DNA of 55,647 bases from assembly GCA_012862495.1 (NCBI GenBank), contig BLSG01000198.1, forward strand, positions 7,364 through 63,010. Direction: 5' to 3'. Position 1 is the first letter of the stretch; each line of letters opens with the position of its first letter. Made by a program: the position numbers and the translations under genes. The stretch comes from Thraustochytrium aureum. Lineage: Eukaryota. Positions 10,901 through 21,907 of this stretch are shown in pieces. The notes under the pieces are model-generated. The model was not told the DNA's origin and ran no database searches. It saw only the letters and a program-made list of their open reading frames with translations.

Positions 10901-13900
10901 GTGGCGTATCGTGGGGCCCAAAAGGACAGCTTCCAGCTCCGGTCCGGCTGGTAGCACGGTGAAGATCACGCCTCTTGCCAAGGCCCACCTCGATAGGATC
11001 GACTCTGCTCGAGCAAAGCGCAGCCACAGCCTTGAGGTTGGTGCCGACAAAGTAGAAGGAAGAGAAGCAGACAACGAGGACGACGACGACGACCTTGGCC
11101 CACCGTATAATGCCTGGGCCGGTACTGAGGGGAAACACGCGGCTCAGCCATCGGGCCACGCAGACGAAAATGTCCCTAGCGGGGCGAACGGCTTCGACGA
11201 CGCGGGTAGCGACGACGGCGCGGGCAGCAGTTACAACGTTTCGCCGCGCGAGATCTCGCAGTACTCGCCGCTCTCGCTGGCCGTTTTCTCAAACGAGGTG
11301 GACGTTGTGGAGCTTCTTATTAAAAGTGGCGCGAACCCCATGCTCGAAGACGGCACCTCGCTGGATGATGGCTCTCGCTCGCACCCGCCTTACATTCGCG
11401 CTCTTCTATTCCACATTGTGGCTCGGCACCGCGTCAACCGCTTGCAGGGCGAACTCTCTGCCCGTGCCATGGACGAAGCAAGTTTCTCTGTCCCGAAACG
11501 TCGCCGCCACCACATCGTCGGAGGGCAGACCAATAACCCGCCCGCTGCAGGCATTTCTGGGACCACGGCGGCTGCTTCAGCAGCACACTGGCGCAAAGCC
11601 CAGCTTCGCTTTTCCGGCAAGCGACCCTCTTTCGCGCAGGACCATTTGTCAAGCAAGGTCAAGACGACACGAGAGCTGAACCAGGAGCTCGAGGAGGCGC
11701 AGGCGCTCTACTTTGGCGCGACAACGATGATCGAAGTCCTCAACAGCTCGATGCGCGTTCGGTCGTGGCGCAATTGGCGCGCCATGCTGCAGTTCTTCAA
11801 AGAGACCGCACTTCTCATCACCATGGTTTTGGTATTTGCCTCGCACGTGCAGCTCGCTCCGGACTATGACATCGCTGCCGAGTTTCGGTGGAAGGCCGAG
11901 GTCAAGGGGTACCTCGAAAGCGAGATCGGCGAGATGCAGAGCGCCGAGGAGTTTTTGCTATGGGTGGACGAGGTCTTCATTGGCCGCGAGCTCCACTTCG
12001 ACGACGGGATCGTGGCGTTTCGGGACTTTAACTACATGGTCGGTCCCATGCTGGTCACCCGTTCCGAGCACGAAAGTCAGCTCAACTCTTCCGACCGGAC
12101 CAAGTTGGGGCCAACCTTGGCAGACTTGCAAGCGCGCACGGTTGTAGCACAACTCGTTCCAACAGAAGCAGTCAGGATGAGCGCGGAATTCAAGGCGCAC
12201 TTTCCAGTCGAGACCGAGGGTGTGGCTGGCGCAAGCCTCACCGTCAACCTCCACAATCCGGTGCAAGAGATTTACGGCATAATTCACGTCCTGCTCACCG
12301 AGTCTTTCTTTACCGAGCCAGAAAGGGTGATCACTGTGCGCGATTTTCGGCTCAACTACGGCAGATTTCCACCTTCGCGCTGGTTTCAGGTCGTGATTGC
12401 GGCGCTTGTGCTTGTCTTCGCGTCGGTGAGGCTGAGGAACTTCGTGATCAAGAAGCGCACCCGCCAGTACGAACAGACGCAGTGGATGGCCGCGCTTGTG
12501 CTGGTGTTCATTCTTTGCCTCGACGTCTACCTTGTCTCGTTGTCAGCGGACGTCCAGCCCAGGTACTCGATGGAGACATACCAGGATTGGAGTAACGTGC
12601 ACAACGTGCTTGAGATGGAGCGCCGCGCTTTCGGCTTCTTCTTCTTCCTTAGCATGGTCCCGCTCCTGAACGCTGCGCGAACTGTGCCAAACGTTGGGCC
12701 AGTTGTGGTGGCGTTGCTCAACACGATGACCAACCTCGCCGTCATCATCTACCTTGCCGTCGTTGCCACGGCCTGCTTTCTCATGGCGCTCACTTTTCAC
12801 GTCGCCTTTGGAAGCAACGTTGCCGCCTGGGGGAGCCTCGCAGGCACTTTCAACAACCTGTTCCACACCCCGTTCATCGAGACTTGGGATGGCCTAGAAT
12901 CCATCGCGAGAAGCTCTTGGTCGGGGGTGTTTCTCTCGGCCTTTTATATCCTTTTTCGCGACCATCATGGTCAACCTGCTCATCGCCGTCGTGACGGACG
13001 TGTATCCCAAGGAGCGCAAAGCGAGCGACAGCCTTTGGGAGACTATCATCACCCAGGGGATCGAAAATTCGCTGACTTACTCGCATCACAAGCAGCGCCG
13101 CCGCCGCATGTCAGCTTCCAGTAGCGCGCGTGTCAGCGAGGACGAGGACGTGGTGGCCAGCCTCGACATCGAATACTGGAAAGAAGAGGACATCCTGCGC
13201 GGGAAAGATGGGATCAAGCACTGGAAGGCCCCACTCCGTCACCTCACGGCACGCAGCGGCCGCCTAGGGAGCAACTACCAGCACGAACGGTTGATTCACC
13301 TCGAGGACCAGCTTCACCACATTCTGCACGGCGAGCGAGGAGGCTTTGATGCGGCCATGGGCGTTGGGGGAAGCACCGGCGGAGGCCCCGGTGGCGCAGC
13401 GTCTGCGAGCGAGGCGGCGCCGTACGACTCGAACCGCGCCGGAAGCCCGATGGCCAGCCCACTGAATAGTCCAAAGCAAATCAGCCCCCGCCAAGGCCGC
13501 ATGGAGGCCAAGATGGCCCAGCTCGAAACCAAGCTCGATGCTCTCATCAGCTCGCTCTCTGGGTCGCCCACCTCAATCAAAGTCGGCAAGTCCGTCTATG
13601 CCGCAGACCCCCCAGACAAGGAAGCGGCGCGCCAACGCTCTCCGTCGCTTGGGACCACCCAGCAGCAGGCAATGCAGCTGCGGAATGACATCGCCAGCAC
13701 ATTTGCTCACCACGAGCAGGCTTCAAGCGTGAACAAGGCGGAGAAGGCGGAGAAGGCGGCCGTGGCGCTCCTAGAAAGCCTCATAGGAGCCGAGCCGTTC
13801 CCACTGCAGCGCGTCAAAGAAGCTTGTCGCGCAAGCGAGCCAGGAATTCCATGGGACGTTGTCAAGGAGGTTCGTCGCCGCATGGGTATCGTTCAGTTTA

Positions 13901-14016
13901 AGGAATTTGTGGAGGTCGACGGCGCCCAGCAGCTCCTGCGGTATTGGCGTAGAGGGACGAAAGAGGAGCTCGAGCAACTTCGGAGTGGGACCAAGTTGCC
14001 GACAAGCCCGAAATGA
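7245..14016 (+). CDS. Giant multidomain channel: nicotinamidase-like / ankyrin / UBR Zn finger / 2x RyR repeat / ankyrin / polycystin (TRPP)-type cation channel / coiled coil; three apparent frameshifts
   Basis: Four overlapping + ORFs (7221-7946, 7943-8878, 8808-13124, 12967-14016) join at homopolymers. One extra A at 7886-7889 gives KVKIIRSDG..; a shift around CCCCAAAA at 8826-8839 gives CNVNVR..GDTELDLA; one T fewer at 12952-12956 gives FYILFATIMVNLLIAVV (TRP S6 motif). Confidence 0.8.
9114..9340 (+). other. UBR-box-type zinc finger within the channel gene
   Basis: CTF..Q..YFCEFC..VCLVCKSRCH..YCECA matches the Cys/His spacing of UBR4/UBR7-type fingers. Confidence 0.7.
9381..10148 (+). other. 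Tandem pair of RyR repeats within the channel gene
   Basis: FSPHPIQTS..LARNTHNVWAREKYNEGWSF..RDDSRKLHPLLLPF..ETIKVISALGY and PVDTSKVVLPPELEELVECVAKNSHEVWA..GWRY..LVPF..ETIKAILASGW, separated by a poly-Ala linker. Confidence 0.92.
10199..10256 (+). repeat. Coding (AAC/AGC)n repeat encoding poly-Asn/Ser
   Basis: Encodes NSSNNNNNISNNSNNNNNK between the second RyR repeat and the second ankyrin block. Confidence 0.85.
11785..13010 (+). other. Polycystin/TRPP-type channel domain (S1, extracellular TOP-like loop, S2-S6)
   Basis: Six hydrophobic segments. The long S1-S2 loop contains EFLLWV..NYMVGP..VNLHNP, the S4-S5 linker is PNVGPVVVALLNTM, the pore region is FGS..WGSLAGTFNNLF, and S6 contains NLLIAVV. 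Confidence 0.8.
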
Positions 14017-14234
14017 GACCGCCCTCGATGCGGCCAATCTGGCGGAATTCCCTGCCGGGCAAAGAGCTCGCCACTATACTAAGTACAACTTCTTCATTGT
14101 CCCTGTTTCAATCAATCCGTCCTGCTGCCCGCAAATAAGCCAGCAGAGGTTCTTTGTGTTGCGCGAGCAGGCCGGGAAATAGCTTTTTCATTTGGGAGAA
14201 GCGCGCGCGGCCCTCCCTTCAACGCCCTCGACGC

Positions 14235-17200
14235 CTAGCGCATGCTTGAAATCGAGGGTCGAAGAGCGCCCCCGAGGCTGTCGCTGACGCCTTCGAACGT
14301 AGCTCTGATATTCGAGGTTCGCGTCACGCCGACCAGTCGCCGCTCTCCGAACCGTGCCGCAGCCTCGTCTCTGACCATCCCAGCGATACCCGCCGAAAGT
14401 GGCCCCAGATCTGCAACGTGCAAATACTGGCGCATGTGTTCTTGCCCGCGGGCGAGCTTCGAGAGACGAACCTGGCCATCTGCTTGCAAGTTTACATAAA
14501 GTTGCGGCGGAGCGCAAGGCACAATCACTGGAATGCATTCCCCAGGCCGCCCGATCAGACGCATTTCGATCGATGGGCGACACGAATTACTGCCCTGTGG
14601 GAGCGCGCCAGGCTGTCCTGGAGTTGCCGTCGTACCCTCGGTCCCGCTTTGGCTTGCGGCCGCCTCGCTGTGGTGCGGGTGTGCTTCATACTGTACAGGG
14701 CCAGGGTCAGGACTCTCCCCGACTGTGCCAGATGCGGAACTCGCATTTCCGTCTCGCGGCGAAAACTGCGTAGCAGCGACGACAAGCTTGGATTGCGGCC
14801 CTTCCGTCGAAACGGTTTGCGCTCCGATGTCCGAATTGCTTGCGCGGCAAGTTTGGGACGCTGCATTTGATCGAATGACAACCCGTTGCCGAAGCCGGTG
14901 CGCACGGGCCGTCTGCTGCGTTGCTGGGTGGACTTGAAGCAGGGGAGGGATGCCAGGTATTTGCGGCGGAACTCGCCCGAGGAGCTCTTGGCGCTCACGG
15001 TACGCCGCTTGCGCCGATGGCGCGACATAATTGTCCAGGCGCACCATAGGAGGAGTAGCAGGGGCTCGCCGGTGGGGTTGGCCACGCCGAGCATAGGACA
15101 GAAAGGCCTTTGCAGTAGGATTGCCTGCGAGTCCTGAAAGGCGTCCACGTCAGATTCAGACTCGGCACTGCTCTCTGCAGGGTCGGGGAGCTCGTCGGAA
15201 ACTGACTCGGCCTCCGTCTGGGCTACCTTGTCTAAGGCGACCGGCAGGCTCACTTGAGGGGTGGCGCGGCTCTGGGCCGCCGCCACAGCGGCTGCAACGC
15301 GCTCAGAAATCTCGTCCACGGCGCGGGCGATGTGGATGCGAGTGGCACGCTCGACGCGCCCATCCAAGCTCCGCAAGGCTTGGTTTACAGCCCGTGTCTG
15401 CGCTTCAAGGGCCTTTGCTGTGGCTGCTTGGCTCGGAGATGCCTTTGCCGCCTTTCGGCCGGTGAAAATCCACGGGGAGGGATACTCTGGGCCGGATTCG
15501 CGGCTGCTCTCGCTTTCCCTGTCGCCCGACAACGGCAGGCTCTCCAGCTCCCCACTAGAGCTGGTGGCCGCACTGACCCAGCTGAGCGCCGAGGCGTCGC
15601 TCTCGTCTCCTTCATCTTCGTCCGAATCTGTTGCGCTTGGCTCGATCGAGAAAGGGCGAGACTGCGACGGACTTCTGTCGGACGCGCTAGCGGGCGAGGC
15701 AACCGTTTGGACACTCGCCGATTGCACCGAGGCGGAGGCAGAATCAGCACCGACCTCGCTGGTTTCCTCGGTCTGCTCATCGCGAGACACCTTGCTCGAA
15801 TCGTCCACTTTGCTGTTAGAGCCGTCGCGCGACGAATGAGCAGGGTCTTCAGGCGAGGGTCCCGGCTCCACTGCAACCTCCTCCTCCTCGTCAACCTCGT
15901 CTTCCTCTTTGAAGCAAACTAGGGTCGCTGGATTAAGGCGAAGGACGATGTCGACGATGTCTTGAAGCTCGACATCGGTCGCAGCCGCTTGGCAGACGTC
16001 GCAGAGGCTGTTGTGGTCAGAGATACTCGCACCTCGGGAGCGCAAGAATCGCTTGAGAACCTGGCGAGGGGCGCGTTCTCTCTCGGCGGCGATGTTCCAA
16101 AGCACCAGAGCAAAGCTACGAAACAGGGGAAACCACTCGGACGGCCGCCCTGCCGAAGCTGCTAGCATTGCTTTCCACTCTTGTGGTGGAGAACAAGTCC
16201 AGAATAGCTTGAGTGCTGCACGCCCGACGTGCACCTCTGGGTGGGCCGCCCGCGCTACAGTTGGCCGTGAGCACAAGAGCTGCGCAAAGTCGGGGACCGC
16301 GTTTGGGATGGCCTCGTTGAGATGCGTGATCAAAACGTACAAGACCGCCCGTCGCACTGACGGGTCTAGCTCGCGCTCTGCAACAGCGAGCGCGAGATCC
16401 GCGGCGGGCGTGAGCTCCCCGCATCTGAGCTGCACTGCAGCATGTCGCTGCGCGACAAAAGAACGCCTTTCTGGCGTGATTTGCTCAAGCACGGCCTGCG
16501 AGGCGAGAGAACGGCGCACGGCGGCGTGGTCGGCCGTGCGCGCGAGGGCTTGGAAAGCTAGTTCAGTGCGGTGGTCCGCGAGTAGGCAAGATACAGCCAG
16601 GTCCGCTGCCCATGACGGCGCCTCACGCGCTCGCAAGTCGAGGCTGGCTAAATCGAGTGCTTTCACTGAGCGCGAGGTAGGATTGGCGCACGGGCTCGGA
16701 ACCATCGCGAGCTCGGGCTTGTTGAGTATGCACGAAGCCATGACAGAGCCAGCGAGCCCAAGGGCGGCGCGCCGAGTTGCGCGCAGCGCTGGGTCGGAGA
16801 CCCAAGCCTGTGCAAGTTGGGTGAATTCGCGCACCTTGTACCGGCGAAGTAAGGTGCACATGAGCGGGAAGGAGCCAGCCGGGTCTGCAGCATACGCTGC
16901 TTCAGCGCGGTCGTACTGGCCGCGCAGGAACGCGTCGTGGCCCTCCCAGACTGGGCCGCCCCGGCGGGGTAGCGCATTGCCTCAGGAAGCTGTAAGCTCC
17001 GCCCGCGAGATCGGGAGGTGGAGGAACGAGCAAGTGCCCAGGCGCGGGCCCGCTGCTGTGCATAGCCCAGGGCAGCACGGCCCAGCTCTGCATCTTGGGC
17101 GGCGATTCCCTCCGCTTGACGCAAGGCAGAAACCCCTAGTAGCAGCCAGTGCCGGTCGAACGTGGTATCACTTGCGAGAGCCAAGTGCCGCGGCGCGCAG

Positions 17201-18966
17201 TCTGTCCTGTCCCCGACAAGGTGGAAGGCCTCCTCGGCGAGCCGGAGGACGTGCATTGCAGCGTAAAAGTTCCGCTCGATAATCAGCTCCGAGGCTAGAG
17301 CGCGGGCGACGTAGGCAAACTCTGGGCCAGCCCGGGCTGCGCGCCGAAACGCCGCAGCGACATGTGCGAATGCGCGAACGATTCCGCATTGGTCGCCTGA
17401 GGTCTCCTGTAGGACACGGCCGACGACCGCGCGCGCCGAGCGCCGCGTCGCAGCTCGCGAAGCGTCGTTCCAGGCGTGAGGAGCAATCATGCACGTGCTC
17501 CAAGCGAGGATGGCTCGTCGCAGCGGGGACATGTCGTCAGGGTCTAGTCGCAACCCTAGAATCGGAGGCGGGGACTCAACTGGTGCGAGCAGCGTGTCCA
17601 CAACCGCAACTAGCGTGCCTGCGGGAGCCCGCTTCTTGCGGGAAAACCCTGGTATACGCACTTGAACCAAATTGCGATTCCCGTCACACCACGTAAGCTC
17701 CAAGCGCATGGGGTGAGCTGCGACGCCAAAGTGGGTTGGGACAAGGCCTTCCTCTTCGTAGCCTGCGAGATGCCTGAATCGTAGGGCAAACCGCGGGCGG
17801 GACCGCGAAGAGGCGTGCAGCTGTATCGGGTCCCCGCTTGCGGTCAGCACCGCTAGCCCCCCGTTACTCAACGTTAGTGCTAGTAAAAGGCCGCCAGAGG
17901 TCCACGCCATGTCACAGATCTCGACGGTCGGTGGGAACCCCCAAACGTCCCCAGCGCGCGCGAGAACAGCTGTCTCCGCGAACGGTTCGAACAGCAAAAG
18001 CACCGGGGGCGTTTCATCTGTGGGGGGGAAGGAGAGCGCCACAGCTGTTGCGCCAGAGTTGTGGTCAAGCTCGATTAATACCGACCTTGCGCCCGCGGGC
18101 ACGGCACCAGCTTTGCCAGCGGAGAGCGGGAGGTTGCCGGTCGACGAGGTTCTCTTTCTCAGCGGTATGTCGACTTGCTGCTCGCGCGTGTCCTGCACCT
18201 TATATGCATCGGCCTGGTCGTCCCAGCCGGTGCGATGAAGCCCGAGACTTAAAAGAGCGGCGGGGACGTCCTGTTTAGTTGGTCGTGAAGACTGCGCTCG
18301 CACAATGTCGACGGCGATCGGCCAAAACGTACGACGAAATCGAACAGCGGTGGCCTGCGCGAGGCCAGTCTGGTCGAGCACGACGCGCCACTCTTTCGGG
18401 GCGCCCGCTTGGCCCCGATGGTTTGCGTATACCCAGAACGCGCCGCGGTTCTGGCTCTGCGACACCACGACCTGACCATCATCCGAAACCTGGAGGTACC
18501 GCGGTGGAGGGACTGCGAGGCGCGAGCGCTTTATGCGACCAACGGCTGCGATTTCGGGGAAGGGCATCTGTGCGGAGATGGGGTGACCTGGCGAAGACAG
18601 ATCGTATATCCTAATGGATTGGTCGCGTGTCACCGCTGCTGAGGCGAAACGTCCATTCATTGAGAGCCCTAGCAGAGCTACTGACTGGAGCTTGGTTTTG
18701 GTCCGCACGCAGTCGGTCTTGGACGCGTTTTGCAGCGAGTAGAGTCGTGCATGACCCTTCTTGCGTCCAAGCGCGACCATGCTGACATCTTGGCCACCCG
18801 ATGGAGCCGGTGTGGACGAACCACTGTCCCTAGCTTGTGACTCGCGATACCGAAGCGCGATGACGCGTTTCCAACGCCTTGCGGGCACTTCGGCCTTCAC
18901 CGGAGCGTCTCGTTTCTCCTTTTCGGCCTTGAGCCTGCTCGCCACATATTCAACATCAGCCTGCAT
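14235..18966 (-). CDS. Large protein with an N-terminal beta-propeller resembling CPLANE1/JBTS17 (C5orf42); frameshifts near 16950-17050 and 15075
   Basis: Overlapping - ORFs 16663-19014, 14555-16861 and 14235-15047; ATG at 18966. RRWKRV, VALLGLSMNGRF, YLQVSDDGQVVV, DMAWTSGGLLLALTLSNGGLAVLTASGDPIQL and FGVAAHP..WCDG occur in the order I recall for CPLANE1. Confidence 0.55.
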
Positions 18967-19780
18967 CGCTCCCAGCCAGCCTCCGAGCTTTTGTAGCCCA
19001 CGCCTCCGCAGCAAGAGCGGTTACCGTCCTCGTGGCTCGCGGTCGCGTCCTCGAGGCGAGGCTCGAGCTCTAGAGCGAGGCCGTCCCAGGAGAAGACTTC
19101 ACGCCGCGTTGCGCGAGACGAGCGTAACAGCGGAGACAGAATGGCAGAATGGCAGGGAGGATGGCGAGTAGAGGGTGGAGTACTGACGCGTTGCACCCTT
19201 GCTGGGCGCCTGAGATCCGCCGGCCCGACGCCGTTCGGGGTCTCGTAAGCTCGTCCGTCAACCACCGGGACAGAAAAAAAATTGCGCCTAGGTTAGGTTG
19301 GGCTGGTTTGGGTTAGGTTGGAGCTGGCTTTACTTTTTCGGCGGTGACGACTTTGGACCCCTACGATCGCCTGCTTGTTGGACGAGGGCGAGCCTGAGTT
19401 GACCTGGGCATGTCTGTTCAGCACACGGGCTGTGCTGTGCTTGAAGTTTCTGCAACTTGCTCGAGCTTGCACGAGCTTGCACGCTGGAAAACAGCGCGAC
19501 AAGACATGCTCCTGATTAATGTACTCAATGTAGGCCTACTCTACTTCATGAGTACCAACGTTTGCAAGTTTGATCTCAGCTCATGCGGATGCACAGGACA
19601 CACGTCGGGAAATCACGCCAAGGGCTTGCGCTTCGGCAAGAGCAAGTTGCGCGGGGGCTTGGTCTGGGGGAGGAGGAGAAACATGCACGAAAGGTTGACA
19701 AGGCTTTTGCTGCGTGGGGACTAGTTGAGCGCCTCGGCGGGGTGAACTAACTCGCTAAAGAGTATGGTGCGGTGCGCGCG

Positions 19781-20672
19781 TCAGCCGGTGCGCGCACGCC
19801 GCTTGATGAGCTGGCGAACAACCTTGGTGAAGTTGGAGCGCGAGATGTGGTAGCCCTGGATGAACAGCGTCGTCTCCTTGTGCGCGACGCCTTCGACGAA
19901 CTCTTCAACCTTGACGCCCTCGACGGCGTTACGACTCAGGTGGAAGGCAACTCGGTGCAAAAGCGCCGAGAAAATGCTCGATTTGGCTGGCGCGTTGGCG
20001 CGCGATGCCGCGTAAGCCTCGAGGACTTGCTTCGTGGCTTCTTGCATCATAAACACGCGCCTGTCCCCGTTGCAAGGGTTGGCCCGGAACGCCTCGTCGC
20101 TCAGGTCAAGCGGCGGCGGGTCGAGAACCACAAAGTTGGCNNNNNNNNNNNNNNNNNNNNNNNNNNNNNNNNNNNNNNNNNNNNNNNNNNNNNNNNNNNN
20201 NNNNNNNNNNNNNNNNNNNNNNNNNNNNNNNNNNNNNNNNNNNNNNGTCGAGAACCACAAAGTTGGCATCATCCTGGAAAAGTATCGCGTTGCGGTGCTT
20301 GGCCTTGTCGCGCAGCTGCGAGGCTTCCAAAAGCTGTCGGCCGCCTTCGCCGAGCTCGGCGCGGTTGCACTCTTCCAGCGCCTCCAGGAACCACATGGCC
20401 TCTTTGCAGGAAAGCGTGGATGGCTGGCCGAGCTCGGCAATGTCCTCGTCAAAGAGAGCGCTGTCCTCAAAAGCGCCGAGCTGGGTAGCGACGATGGCCG
20501 GCTCGATCGCCTCGGGGTTGAAGGTCTCGTCGTGGTCAGGGACGGCGAATTCCAGGTGGCTGTCGTTGTTTGCGCTCCTTGCGGCCGTGGCCAAGTAGTT
20601 GGCGGAATCGCTATGCCGACTGCTATGGCTGCTGCTGCTACTGTCACTGGTCATGCTGCTCGCCGAGCTCAT
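19781..20672 (-). CDS. Hypothetical protein (about 254 aa once the spurious gap is closed)
   Basis: Both gap flanks carry the same 21 bp (ANFVVLD). Merging them gives a continuous 765-nt ORF from ATG 20672 to the stop at 19781. Confidence 0.6.
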
Positions 20673-21907
20673 CCGCCTGGGCTGCGGCTGGAGCTGTGCT
20701 GGGCGAGGAGGTTGCGCTCGTTGTCCTCGTCGCGGCCGTCGAGCTCGTCGTGGGACATCCACGGGCTGGCACGCAATCTGCAAGCATGTTTGGGGCTTGT
20801 TCTGCGGCCTGCAGGCAGTCCTGTGTCGTTTGCGCCGCCCGAGGGGTTGGGGAACGCCCTTGCTGCCGAGTCGCGCTGCATCGGTAAAAGCATGCCCCAA
20901 TCAGCTCCGGGGCAAGCGAGACGCGTCGCCGTGAAGCCTTGCCTATGTCGGTCTGTGCTTTGTTGCTGGGATTTGCGGGCTTGGTCGATTTGGATTTGGC
21001 TTTCCGAGCTGCTTGAGCTCAATTGCATTTGAACGATCGCGGGTTGGGACTCGAAACGTGGGTAGCTTCGCGCTTTGCCAAGCATTCGAGACTATTACGC
21101 GTTGCGCGAGAATCTCAGTCCCATGGGACTAGGATCCCCGACAGCGACGCTTGTGTCGTTTCGTCCACTACGACAACAAATGTGGAATCACCGACCAGCG
21201 AAACCCAGCGTGGAGTATCATGCGAGAAGGACGCTTGCAAGTCCTTGGTTTCCCCGTTTCGCAGACCGTGACGGCTGCCCTGTAGCCCTGGACCGCGACT
21301 CTATTGTCCGCGTGAGGCAGCGACACAGTCCACCGCACTCTTGAGGACTGTTCATGCAGACGAGTTGAGCATGGCGAAAACCTTGTGCGACGACGCGCAG
21401 GCTCCGACGCCGACGGGACGCTCATCTTGGCCTGCGTTGGACAGGCGCTGCGTTCCGATGTAAGCGCGAGGAGAATCCTCATCGGCAAGCAAGCGCTTCG
21501 GGGCCCGTCCCGTCCTGCGACTTGATTGGCCCTGCGCGTGCAGAATGTACGATGGGCCGGCGCAACGCAGCACGGTGTGAATTCTCGCGCCTTACACTCG
21601 GCCAGCCTTGCGCTATCCTCCCTCTTGCTACTTTATTGCTTGCTGCAGAGTTTCGAAGCGTGGCTTGCACATCTGCATCCAGTTGAGAACGACAAGCGAG
21701 ACTTGCCCGTAGCTGCGGGCTTCCCTCCAGTGCACTTCATTGCGCCAAACGGTCCCACCTGCGCGAGAGCAAGCGGGTTGCGCGAGGCCCTCCGAGGCGC
21801 AGCATGCGACCTCCAGTCAACTCGCAATCATCTCCTCGGGACCACTTCATTGCCCTGCAGCCCATCGAGCATCACCTGTCTTGCAAACCACCTATCTCAC
21901 CAAATCC

